Source: Macrostomum lignano (taxonomy: Eukaryota). Taken from it: a stretch of DNA of 45,849 nt. The stretch lies in contig NIVC01004440.1 of assembly GCA_002269645.1 (NCBI GenBank), forward strand, positions 1 through 45,849, in the 5' to 3' direction. Under the pieces are notes generated by a model that did not search any database, was not told the DNA's origin, and saw nothing but the letters and a program-made list of their open reading frames with translations. Each line of letters opens with the position of its first letter. The first letter of the stretch is position 1. The translations under genes were made by a program, and so were the position numbers. Shown piece after piece: positions 33,961 through 45,849 of this stretch.

Positions 33961-34444
33961 ATAACTTAAGGTTCTGTTGTACTGTACATCTGAAGAATCT
34001 GTTGTTCACCTATTCTTCTTTTTTCTCTAAATTAGGCTCTAACTAGTTGAATAAGCTCGTATTTATAAAATATATAAAGTAGCTGCAAAAAGATAAAAGT
34101 TACTTTATCTAATTATAGACTTTTATCTTCAAACGCGTATTTATATTTTTCAACTGGATTATTTCTAGCAGTAATGAATGATGCTACTGTCAGTAGGGTA
34201 AAAGTAAAACGCTGCCTTTATGCATTATGAAATACACGTTAGACAGAAAAAGATCAGCATCAGCATTGTCGGGCTTCGGTTTTACTGAAGCATGCATTTC
34301 CACTCTCAGCAAGTTTTTTGTGGAAGCAAAAATTTCTGGCCAACTGTTTGGTCTTAATAATTTTTTTCTTGGCTTGTCTTCTAATGGAGGGAAGCCGCAA
34401 AAATCTCAGAATTCCGGTCATAACTGGATCTAAAATTTATAATC

Positions 34445-35495
34445 TTGTCTCTTTCCCTGTGTCTAATTTAATCTGTACTCCTTGTTTCTAATCTCTCCCA
34501 TGTAGATCTATTCCCAGTGTCTAATCTCTCCCTGTGAATCTATTCCAGTTTCTAATCTCCCCCTGTCGATCTATTCCCAGTGTCTAATCTCTCCCTGGTA
34601 ATCTATTTCCGTTTTCAGTGTCTAATCTCTCCCTTGTCGATCTATTCCCAGTGTCTAATCTCTCCCTTGTCGATCTATTCCTAGTGTCTAATCTCTCCCT
34701 TGTCGATCTATTCCTAGTGTCTAATCTCTCCCTTGTCGATCTATTCCTAGTGTCTAATCTCTCCCTTGTCGATCTATTCCCAGTGTCTAATCTCTCCCTT
34801 GTCGACCTATTCCTAGTGTCTAATCTCTCCCTTGTCGATCTATTCCTAGTGTCTAAATCTCTCCCTTGTAGATCTATTCTCAGTGTCTAATCTCTCCCTT
34901 GTCGATCTATTCCTAGTGTCTAATCTCTCCCTTGTCGATCTATTCCCAGTGTCTAATCTCTCCCTTGTCGATCTATTCCCAGTGTCTAATCTCTCCCTTG
35001 TCGATCTATTCCTAGTGTCTAATCTCTCCCTTGTCGATCTATTCCTAGTGTCTAATCTCTCCCTTGTCGATCTATTCCTAGTGTCTAATCTCTCCCTTGT
35101 CGATCTATTCCCAGTGTCTAATCTCTCCCTGGGAATCTATTTCCGTTTTCAGTGTCTAATCTCTCCCTTGTCGATCTATTCCAGTGTCTAATCTCTCCCT
35201 TGTCGATCTATTCCTAGTGTCTAATCTCTCCCTTGTGATCTATTCCCAGTGTCTAAATCTCTCCCTTGGATATTCCTAGTGTCTAATCTCTCCCTTGTAA
35301 TCTATCTATTCCTCTCCCTTGTGATCTAAATCCAGTGTCTAATCTCTCCCTTGTCGATCTATTCCTAGTGTCTAATCTTCTCCTTGTAGAATTCCCAATG
35401 TCTATTTCCCTTGTCGATCCATTCCTAGTGTCTAATCTTCTCCTTGTAGATCTATTCCCAATGTCTAATCTCCCCTGTGAATCTATTCCTAGTGT
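34445..35495. repeat. 33-bp minisatellite (~30 units)
   Basis: Unit GTGTCTAATCTCTCCCTTGTCGATCTATTCC(T/C)A. Confidence 0.95.
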
Positions 35496-36014
35496 CCCAA
35501 TATTTATTATATTTATTTATACTGTAATTTTCTCTATCGGCAACTCATGCAGCAGAGAATTAAGTTAATACCGTCTCACCTGCACCAGTTAATCCATCAA
35601 TTTCTCTCTCAATAGAAAGCTCTATATTAATACGAAAGATTAAAATGAGAGCTCAGTCTACTGCAGCCTTGTGTCGGAAGTTGGAAGGCTTGCGGTTATC
35701 CGGAAGTCGCAAAAAATCTACCTTTCTGAAGGAATATAAGTCTGTCACGAAAACATATAGTTGATTGAAGAATAAGTTCTTGGATGCGGAAACCTTTATA
35801 ATATCATTTCTGAGAAAATTGTATAACAATTCCAAGGGCCTGTAGTTTGAAGCACGCACGCTGACAATAAGTTTCCGTCTTATCTCCTACCGTGGATCTA
35901 TCCGTGGATCCCTACGTTCTCGCGGAGATGGACTGGAATCCAAAATTTCAGAAGTGAAAAAATTACAATAAGATTTTGGATCTAGTGGGAGCTAAGATTC
36001 TAATCTAGATATTA

Positions 36015-36315
36015 AGCGGTCCATGGTGACTCGCAGAATTTAGAGGAAGTAGCAAGTCTGTTTCTAGTCCAGTAATTTGAGAGGTCCATGGCGATTGGTG
36101 ACTCGCACCATTTTAAGTACATGTAATTCACTAGCTAGCCTTCCAGTCCAGGTGTTCTTCTGAGGTCCATGGTCACTCGTAAGATTTAAGATTTAGAGAC
36201 TGAAGTCTGTTTCCATTCCAGGCAGCGTTCCGAGGTCCATGATGACTCGCTACTTGAAGAAAAGTTTGAATAATCTACTTTCAGTCCAGTACCTATACTC
36301 CCTGCAGTCCAGTTC
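36015..36315. repeat. Four diverged ~70-bp units with a conserved core
   Basis: GGTCCATG(G/A)T(G/C)ACTCG at about 36018, 36083, 36164 and 36234, with (A)GTCCAG/TTCCAG about 10 nt upstream of the last three. Confidence 0.6.
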
Positions 36316-36829
36316 TATCCAGAAGTCCTCGGTGTATCCCTTTTTTCTGTGGCAGCATATTCCATTCTCAATTTATCAGCAACCCGGCGACTTTGAGCTA
36401 AGGCAGGTATAAATATAAGAGGCCAGAAAGGCCGTGAATGTGGGAACACCAATAGAGGACGCTATTTTATAAGAATTCCATAGCAGGAAGTGACATGGCA
36501 TGGCTATATTTACAGTCGTGTTTGACTGCACGCGGTTTGAATTTCAAAAGAATTAAAAAATTACACCGAAATAAAGCTGAGAGGGCAGACGGGAGGGAGC
36601 GAGGTACAGAAGCAATCGCCTCATTCATTTTCTCAAGGGAGCTGGTAGCTGTCTGGATATGGAGTGTTTTCTGGCTGACGTGACCTTCCTGCGATCCCTC
36701 AACTCGTCTCACCCGACTACTCAAGTGTCAGATTCAGGGGGATATATACGAGGGTCGTTGACGTCACGGAAAGCATTGAAGGTCGGAAAATCCTTTCAAA
36801 GCAGATATGCCGAAGTGAAGGACAACCGA

Positions 36830-37140
36830 GATGGGAAATGATGTGGAACAGAGATGGGGAAATTATGGGAAACTGAAATGGGGAAGTGATGGGAACAGAG
36901 ATGGGGAAAATGGTAACAGAGAATGGGAAGTGATGGGAACATAAATGGGGAAAAGAGATGGGGAAGTAATAGGAAACAGAGATAGGGAAGTGGAAGTGAT
37001 AGGAACAGTGATGGGGAAATGATGAGAATAGACATGGAAAAATGATGGGAACAAAGATGGGGAAATGATGGAGAACAGGAGGGGAATATATCGGTAAAGG
37101 AGGAGCCAAAAGACAGGGCGATGGACGTGATGGGAAAAAT
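36830..37140. repeat. Degenerate purine-rich repeat
   Basis: Recurrent GATGGGAACAGAGATGGGGA-like units. Confidence 0.75.
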
Positions 37141-37589
37141 TGGAAAAATTGCCCCTAAGTTTCTTGTTAGTTAATCATTTATGTGAAGGAAATGGAGTGT
37201 GAGCCGGGGACCAGTTTCGGGGCATATTAATATCGATTAGCCTCGTTCAGCAGGTGAATGAAACGGCCTTCAGAAACAGCTTGCGCATAACAGCTTCACA
37301 GGTTTTTCAATACTCTCCATTATTCTTGGACTTGGCTTTAAAGCTAAGGTCCGCAATCGGGCATGAGGAGGAAAATCCAGCATCTAATTAGGATCCGTGA
37401 AGCAGAGCTCATAGACTTTACTCAATAGTAAAGCTTCCTGATTCCTTTTTGCTTTATTAAAATCCGATTGCTTGCTTGCAATTTGCTTCGGCGAAAGTTA
37501 ATTAAAGGAAGCAATTAATTAGAATCAAAAAACTAGCTGACGAATAGAAGCGAAAATATATATCTGTTGTGCTTTCTTACTCTTGTGTT

Positions 37590-37910
37590 TTCTCTTGTTT
37601 ATCTCGCTTTTTCTCATGTGTTTATCTCGCTTTTTCTCTTGTGTTTATCTCACCTTTTCTCTTGTGTTTATCTCCCCTTTTCTCTTGTGTTTCATCTCGC
37701 ATTTTCTCATGTGTTTATCTCGCCTTTTCTCATGTGTTTATCTCGTCTTTTCTCATGTGTTTATCTCGCCTTTTCTCATGTGTTTATCTCGTCTTTTCTC
37801 ATGTGTTTATCTCGCATTTTCTCATGTGTTTATCTCGCCTTTTCTCATGTGTTTATCTCGTCTTTTCTCATGTGTTTATCTCACCCTTGTTCTTGTGGTT
37901 ATTTCCCCTG
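37590..37910. repeat. 23-bp pyrimidine-rich minisatellite
   Basis: Unit TCTCGCCTTTTCTCATGTGTTTA. Confidence 0.92.
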
Positions 37911-38456
37911 TTTATAGCACTCTTATTTTCGTGTTGTGTTTATCTTATTCTCTCCCTCTTGTGTTTATCCCACCATAAATTAAAAAGCTGTGAAAATCAT
38001 TCTAAACACAGATTATGCCTGTGAGCTGCAGCTTTCAAGTAACAATTTTGTTGGCCTGCCCAGAGACTTATAAAGTCCAGCGCTGCATGATCAGTCCGCA
38101 GTGATTGCGGGGCTGTCTGAACCACAATTTATTGGCAACAAATTTGAAATGCTTGCTTCAACATACTAGAAGCTATTCACTTCTCCTCTGCTCTCCTCTT
38201 CATCAATCCAGCATCACTCATATTTTCCTAATGAGGTGCTGAGCATTGGTTGACTCTATATATCTACATCTAGCTCGTAAAAAAACATTTTTGCACTTTT
38301 TGCGGCCGCTTTTTTCCGCTCATAATAATGCTTCTGTTTGACTGAGTTTTATGTGCATTTGGGCCGCCAGCTATTAATAATTAAAAATATTCCATATAAT
38401 AATTATAGTATATTGGCAACGTTTGCATGCTGTTCAATTTCTGAACCAAGTGGGAA

Positions 38457-38760
38457 AAGAGAGAGAGTCAGGCAGAATTTGGGGAGAGAGTCAGGCAGAA
38501 TTTGGGGAGAGAGTCAGGCAGAATTTGGGGAGAGAGTCAGGCAGAATTTGGGGAGAGAGTCAGGCAGAATTTGGGGAGAGAGTCAGGCAGAATTTGGGGA
38601 GAGAGTCAGGCAGAATTTATGGAGAGAGTCAGGCAGAATTTGGGGAGAGAGTCAGGCAGAATTTGGGGAGAGAGTCAGGCAGAATTTGGGGAGAGAGTCA
38701 GGCAGAATTTGAGGAGAGAGTCAGGCAGAATCTGGGAGAGATTCAGGTAGAATTTTGGAG
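38457..38760. repeat. 23-bp purine-rich minisatellite (~13 units)
   Basis: Unit GAGAGAGTCAGGCAGAATTTGGG. Confidence 0.95.
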
Positions 38761-39295
38761 AGAGAAGACAGACACAGGGAGGGGGAGAGTCAGATAGACA
38801 CGAGAAGAGAGTCAGACAGACACGAGGAGAGAGTCAGACCTGCAGACACAGGGAGGGGGAGAGTCAGACAGACACGAGAAGAGGGTCAGACAGAGACGAG
38901 AAGAGAGTCAGACAGACACGAGGAGAGAGTCAGACAGACACGAGGAGAGAGTCAGACAGACAGAGGAGAGAGTCAGACAGACAGGAGGAGAGAGTCAGAC
39001 AGACACGAGGAGAGAGTCAGACAGACACGAGGAGAGAGTCAGAGGAGAGAGTCAGACAGACACGAGGAGAGAGTCAGACAGACACGAGGAGAGTCAGACA
39101 GACACGAGGAGAGAGTCAGACAGACAGGAGGAGAGAGTCAGACAGACACGAGGAGAGAGTCAGACAGACACGAGGAGAGTCAGACAGACACGAGGAGAGA
39201 GTCAGACAGACACGAGGAGAGAGTCAGACAGACAGGAGGAGAGAGTCAGACAGACACGAGGAGAGTCAGACAGACACGAGGGGAGAGTCGGACAG
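38761..39295. repeat. ~22-bp purine-rich minisatellite
   Basis: Unit GAGGAGAGAGTCAGACAGACAC. Confidence 0.93.
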
Positions 39296-39799
39296 AAAAA
39301 GGAAACTCAGGCAAAGGGCGGACATTCTCCGCCCAAAGCAATTTCAAGAGAATAAAAAAGAGTTAATTGATTTGTTAATCTTTTAAATTTTCAGTTTCAG
39401 CTAAAATTTCTTTAGTCATTGTATACCTTTGTCTGCTTCATGTGTTCGTCTGCGCGAGAGAAGAGAGAAACAGGAGATGAAGAGGCGACGCAGAGAGGCT
39501 GCTCGGCGCCTTCATCACTGGAAGTGATCAATAAAAATATTGATTGGGTGAAAGGCGTGCGACAGGCCCTGGGTGGCGAAGTCAGTCAGTCAGCTTCACC
39601 TCCTGCCTCTCTCTGCCACTTGCTTCTCTTCTCGGGCTGAGCACAGTGCATTGGCTGATGTTATGAATTTGCGCTTTATTGCTAATTTCCACTCAAAGCA
39701 CTGCTCTCGTATAGTCTAGTCTGATTTGAACTGCTCAGTTTAATGCATTTACATGAGCATGTAGACGGATTGAACTCTTACATTGACTGTGCACTTTTA

Positions 39800-40285
<486 letters not shown>

Positions 40286-40954
40286 TCAGTCCATCTACTT
40301 AAGCAAGTATTTATATGAAGTAGGCCCACGCTGGAAAGCCTGATGCAGTGCTCAGTAGAGCAATACTTCTTTCAACCCTGTCCCTCAGCCTGCCAAATCC
40401 CAACTCCCATTTCAATCCTGAGCCGCGGCGGCCGGCCTATCCTCCCTCATTCCCGCCGCTCGCGAAAGTCTGTCTCCATGTCGATTAGAGTTTTTCCGCT
40501 TTCGACCCCGGAGAGATTGGAGACTGGGTTTGGAAGCGGAATTGAAGGGCGGAGCGGTTTAAATTAAAAGCAACCGCAGTGAAGAGAAAAGGCCTTCTTG
40601 GTTGCCTTCTTTTCTTCCCTTTTCGCCCTTTCCAACTCTTTCGGTTGGCAAGCTTCCATGCAGTTCCAGAACCAAGTGAAATCCGGCTAGAGAAGTGTCG
40701 ACCGTTTCTCTAAGCTGGTCAACTTGAGATGGCGAAGAAGTTTCTTTTCGGTTGCAAGCAAGCAGTAAGAAAGCAAATATGCGCTGCAAACATTTCTGGT
40801 CTAGTCGTGTGTGCAGAGCTGAGGCCTGTAGCTGTCTCGTTCGCGTTGCGTTTCTTCGTTTAGAAATGAAGCTTAACTAATCTTGCTTTCTATCTGGAGC
40901 CTCTGTCTCTAAATCTCCATCTAGATGTCTCTCTCTCACCCGGCATCACCTGCA

Positions 40955-41850
40955 TGCATCTCACTCCCTTAAATCTCTCCCCTTCATCTCTCCCTTTCAT
41001 CCCTCCCCTTCATCCATCCCCTTCATCTCTCCCCTTCATCTCTCCCCTTGATCTCTGCCCTTCATCCATCCCCTTCATCCATCCCCTTCATCCATCCCCT
41101 TCATCCATCCCCTTCATCTCTCCCTTTCATCCCTCCCCTTCATCCATCCCCTTCATCTCTTCCTTCATCTCTCCCCTTTATTTCTCCCTTTCATCCCTCC
41201 CCTTCATCTCTCCCTTCATCTCTCCTCTTCATCTTTGCCCTTCATCTCTGCCTTCATCTCTCCCCTTCATCTCTGCCCTTCATCTCTCCTCTTCATCTCT
41301 GCCCTTCATCTCTCCTCTTCATCTCTACGTTTAATCTCTGCCCTTCATCTCTCCCTTTCATCTCTGCCCTTCATCTCTCCTCTTCATCTCTGCCCTTCAT
41401 CTCTGCTCTTCATCTCTGCCCTTCATCTCTCCCCTTCATCTCTCCTCTTCATCTCTACGTTTAATCTCTACCCTTCATCTCTCCCTTTCATCTCTGCTCT
41501 TCATCTCTCCTCTTCATCTCTACGTTTAATCTCTGCCCTTCATCTCTCCCTTTCATCTCTGCCCTTCATCTCTCCTCTTCATCTCTGCCCTTCATCTCTC
41601 CTCTTCATCTCTGCCCTTCATCTCTGCTCTTCATCTCTGCCCTTCATCTCTCCCCTTCATCTCTCATCTTCATCTCTACGTTTAATCTCTGCCCTTCATC
41701 TCTCCCTTTCATCTCTGCTCTTCATCTCTCCTCTTCATCTCTACGTTTAATCTCTGCCCTTCATCTCTCCCTTTCATCTCCCCCCTTCATCTCTGCCCTT
41801 CATCTCTGCCCTTCATCTCTGCCCTTTATCTCTCCCCTCTATCTCTCCAC
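40955..41850. repeat. 12-13-bp pyrimidine-rich minisatellite
   Basis: Unit CCCTTCATCTCT(G/C), with a recurring CTACGTTTAATCTCT variant marking higher-order blocks. Confidence 0.93.
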
Positions 41851-43058
41851 TCAATTCACTCGTACCTTACATCCCTTCGCCCTTAAAAATAATATTTCTG
41901 TTGTCCGAGTTTCTATCGATATATTTGCGCAAGCAAATCGTTCATCGTTAGGCCTAGGTCAAAGCTATTCGATTCTAAATGCAGGACTAGCGCGTTTGGC
42001 CGTTTCAAGAACAGCCAACTGCATGCATGCTTCCACTTTGTCGCAATTGGAAATCAATGGAGGCCTTGATGCTTCATACTTGTCTCTTGTCCTTGAGTTG
42101 AGCACTAGGTAACTCAACTCACGCTTAGGAAGTAAGCACCTGCCGTGAGATATTATTCTTTTTTACATAACAAAAATAACTAACACCGTGTAAAAACGAG
42201 CTGAGAGCAAAATTTGAATGCCAATAATATGATAGCTGCTGCTACTTAGTTGGTGTATTTTCTTTTACTTTATCGTGGATTTTGCCACAATTAACAAATA
42301 ATTAAAGTCTGGTGATCCAATATTATGCCTATAAAATACTATAACAATAATAAGTGTCAACTAACTTCGAAGGTTAAATAGTGGAAGATTGGTAAACGCT
42401 ACTAGAACTACCATTGTGGGTGTAATTATTTTTATCAAATAGTCAATCATTGCAGAGATAACGTTTCAGCTTAGACTGAGGTTTAAATCCAGCTGTTTCT
42501 GTAGCTTGGTTTAGCATATATAATTGATCTCATTGATAAGGCCTGTAATTGATATGCTGGCTTTGAAGTTCCATAAAATAGCCGACTTTTAATATTTGAG
42601 TAAATTTTATTCATTTTTGCCTTAATAAAACAGTTTTTACGACCTACTGGTCCTCTGCCGTTTTCTAAAATTGAATTTAAAAATCGATTAAAAGTGGCTG
42701 TCTATCTACCAACTGATTGCTAATACTGATTGTCCTTAACAGTATTTTCAAATTGGGTTACAATATTAATAACTTGCGTATTTTTCTATTTTTGCTTAAT
42801 CTGTTGCTGTATAAAGTTTGCTAATTTAAAATTTAATACGACAGGGGAGAGTTCATACATAGGGTCGAAATCGAGGTCAAATATCTGGTGACTCGTTGCT
42901 CGGTTGTTATGCTAGAACTCGTTCACACCGACACTAACTGAGTCCGAGTTGTGCTCGATCACACTGCGTAATTCAGTTTTCCAGATAGATTCCAGCTAAG
43001 TACGAGAGGTTAACACTGGACTCAAGCATTGAGTCTGACTAAATATCAAACATTCGGC

Positions 43059-44649
43059 TTAGGGTCCATCATACTCAGCGCCATCGTTAGCCTCGCCAGC
43101 GGCAGCGGCCGAGCGCTGTCGCACCTTGTGCACGCTGATGCTCGGCTTGCCGCGCTCAGCGCCAGCGATCGGCGTCAACTCACCAGTGACATCAGCGCTG
43201 CAGCCGTCGTACGCGACGCTGCTGTCGCCGCCTCCAACAGCGTTGATAGCCTGAATTGTCTCGTCGCTATCGTCGCCTGAGAGATAGATTTTCAAGAAGC
43301 AGCAGAGCAACAGGAAGTGCACCCGGCGTCCAGGCTGAAGACCATTCCAGGAAACATGTCCACGGTGGCGGCGTAGATGGGCGTAAACAGAGCCGGCCCG
43401 ATCAGGTTGGCCAGGGCTTCCGCGCAGGATAGCAGCGAGAAAGTCTGACCGATTTCCGCCTCGTCCACCAGCTTGGAGGTCATGGATTTTGTGGCAGACA
43501 CAATGAACCCAGCGAAGCAGCCGAGAACGGCGCTGGCAAACAGTAGCCACGTTTTCTGAGCAAGGCTGGTGATCACCAGGCGAATGATCTTCATCAGGAG
43601 GCCCACCATGACCAGAACGGAGTCGCGAGGCTTCATAAAACGCGTCAGCAGCGGCAGGATGAGCACAAGGTTGAGTCCCATGCAGGCGTAGTACACGGAC
43701 AGATAATAGCCATAGTACTGACCTGGCCAGTTGAATGGAGCGTGCTCCACCAGCAACAAGAGCACGTCCTGCTCTCCTTGCTTGCAAATCTGGTTGACGC
43801 ACAGGGAGACGAACAAGAACACGAGCATCAGCTGCTGGGGACGTCGCTGCAGTAGGAAGCCGATGGAGTCCCGCACAGAGAGGCTCCTGGTGGCGGTGTT
43901 CACACACGGACACGCCAGCTGAAGACAGCCGGCATCGTCAGAGGACTCCACGGACTCGACTACAAGCAGTACGATGATCAGCTCGAGCACTAGGTTGACA
44001 ACCAAGATGACGATCAGCATGGAGTGGACGCTGCCGAAGCTCTGGAACACTCCGGTGAACAGGGAGCCCAGAAAGATGCCGAAGAAATTCATCGCCAGGA
44101 GGCGGCCAAGAAGCTCCGTTCGATCCTCGCGGCTGCTTGTGTCGGCCACGTAGCTGCTGCAGGCCATGGTCATGACCGTAGACTTGCCGAAGAAGCCGTA
44201 CACAGTAGCACCGACCATCACCCAGACGAGAGTCGCGGCGCCTCCGACCGCGCTACGACAGTGAAGCAGCCGACAGCGAGAACAGCGCCAAGAGGAGGCA
44301 GCATCATCGGGTACTTGCGACCCACGCGGTCGCTCCACGATCCGGCGAACAAGCAGAAGAACACGGCCGGCAGGTTAAGCAGAATCCGGTACGCCAGCAA
44401 GTAGTTTGAGGCCTTCCGCTGCAAATCGTTCTCTTCTTTGCTGGTCATGCGACGCCGACCGATTGAGTGCCAGTCGCCTGGCTGCTGTGAGTCGCACACA
44501 GGCGGGGGAATGCCCTCTCCCAGGCACACCTGCTGGTAGATGAATATCCGAATTGACGGCTGCAGCAGACTCTCCGAGGCCTTGTAGAGAAAGAACACCA
44601 GCATCACCAGGTAGGACGAAATGCGGCGCTTAGCCGCGTCCGTCAGCAT
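43059..44649 (-). CDS. SLC46-family MFS transporter (proton-coupled folate transporter/heme carrier-like), ~530 aa after correcting two -1 frameshifts
   Basis: ATG at 44649: MLTDAAKRR..., GSWSDRVGRK (MFS motif A as in SLC46), SYVADTS..EDRT..LG, SKLVDEAEIGQTFS, multiple hydrophobic helices. Frame changes near 44235 and 43322. 1591 nt plus 2 nt gives 531 codons. Coding region is intronless. Confidence 0.88.
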
Positions 44650-45345
44650 CCTTGCTGGCCTCCTCTCGTAGACGGATCGGGGAGCGCGCGGCGCCCCGAC
44701 TCGGCTTGAGACTCTACGGGGAAAGATGAAGAAGTTGTAGAAGCAGCGCGAGAGAGAGACAGATGGAGGGGATATGCCTTTTATAGCTTTAGAGCTTGCT
44801 ACACCAATGACAGATATGGCGGAGCCAGGGAGAGTCGGACGCCCGGAGATTGAGCGGCAGAAGGGCCGAAGTATAAAGAGGATAGCGAGGGAGAGCAGAT
44901 GGGGGATTTGGTTAAGAAGGCTGCCAGGCTTGGGAGATGAGAGCTCAGCCAATCCCATTGTTGGCTTCTGCCTCTCAGATCTGTCAGCCCCCGATGGCAG
45001 CGAACGCTTGGCCCTTCACAGAATCATTTGAGTTGGAGGGGCTTGGTTTGAGTTTTCTTCTCAACCCAGCAAGCTGGCAGCATCCTTGGTCGAGAGTTTC
45101 TGGCACCCCAGTTCTAAAAAATAATATTCTTGTTTCTCCTCTCTCTCTCTCGCCTGTCCTTGCATGTTTCTCATACATTTGTTCACATGCATACTCCCTC
45201 AGCTTTTCATCCGTGTGTCTCTTGTTTCATTGGGCCAATGTGTGTGTGTTTGGCAAATAATAGTCTTCTGTGTCTTCTTAAAATACCGAGTTAGACTCAG
45301 TTACGCAGTTACTAAAATTTTTTCAAGTACTAGAAGTAGACTTAC

Positions 45346-45500
45346 AGGAACCGCTGATGCAGTGACGCACCGACTCCGTCCGTTTTGTCAATAGATAGTC
45401 GTCGTCGGGATTCCCTTGTGTACTTTAATTTTTTACTGGAGCCGCGCCGGCTCAAGAGATCGATTGCAAATCGGCGCAGCGTACCGAAGTTCAGGGTTTG
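45346..45500 (-). other. Putative non-coding 5' exon of the SLC46 gene (intron 44714-45345)
   Basis: Donor CCT|GTAAGT at 45345 and polypyrimidine acceptor TCTTTCCCCGTAG| at 44714. No ATG seen in the part of the exon I read (45346-45480). Upstream boundary unknown. Confidence 0.45.
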
Positions 45501-45849
45501 AATTTGAAGATCTAGTTGAGCTATATGTATTACTATAGCTCGTAAGTCTATGAAGCTATGCGGCTATGGTATTTATAATGTTTGCGCAAGTTTATTTGCC
45601 TTTTACTTTTATTCCCCCCTGAATGTCCTTCATTAATCGTTCACACAATTTATATGGACATGAAAATGACACTGACAATTTCCCATATAGCATATAGTTA
45701 GCTGAAGTTTTGGGTTCTAGTTTATTCAGGCAACAGAATATTCATTTTATCTAAAAGGACGATACTAATCCGACTGAACAGTAATCAGAGTGCATTTTTT
45801 AAATTTCACTTATGCTTTTGTTCTGGGATTCTCGGTGATTTTTTCCTAA

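Noticed and set aside
33040-34009. Long minus-strand ORFs (567, 293, 275 aa) with MYNRIFRCTTG repeats
   Set aside because: They are translations of the 20-bp minisatellite and the antisense of LAP exons. No coding signature.
9653-35495. CRISPR-like appearance of 20-33-bp repeats
   Set aside because: Units are head-to-tail with no unique spacers, there are no cas genes, and the context is eukaryotic with spliced genes.
35653-35859. ASNYRP peptide reminiscent of LINE reverse-transcriptase NYRPISL
   Set aside because: No flanking RT motifs in any frame I could read, and the match is too short.
43059-44649. Programmed ribosomal frameshifting or bacterial origin of the intronless transporter
   Set aside because: No slippery heptamer or stimulatory structure is evident. 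The indels fit consensus errors, and the motifs are those of animal SLC46.

Overview
Eukaryotic (animal) nuclear DNA, not prokaryotic. GC-balanced exons with GT-AG introns sit in AT-rich, MITE-rich spacers and very abundant 12-39 bp minisatellites. This architecture resembles the flatworm Macrostomum lignano (inference, not verified). Genes: (1) a partial, frameshift-riddled ABHD17-type depalmitoylase at the left edge (-); (2) a 5-exon spindle-E/TDRD9 piRNA-pathway DEAH helicase-Tudor gene (-, about 1,580 aa, ending in a C2H2/U1-like finger); (3) an orphan 156-aa coiled-coil ORF (+); (4) a membrane-anchored SDR (+); (5) a 6-exon M17 leucyl aminopeptidase with a probable mitochondrial presequence (+); (6) an SLC46-type MFS transporter (-) with two single-base frameshifts. 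Mobile DNA: at least six copies of a hAT-type MITE family sharing the TIR CATACATGC[GC]CAAC (three with perfect 8-bp TSDs, two with the internal core in opposite orientations), a near-perfect 662-bp hairpin element with a 3-bp TSD, two tRNA-derived SINE copies with a CORE/Meta-like domain, and several older foldback elements. Most long ORFs in the supplied track between 23-27 kb and 33-42 kb are artefacts of tandem repeats. I found no CRISPR array, rRNA or functional tRNA, and no clearly new multi-gene system. The best leads are the MITE family with an invertible core, the long hairpin, the one-minisatellite-per-intron pattern, a possible SDR-LAP operon, and the orphan ORF.
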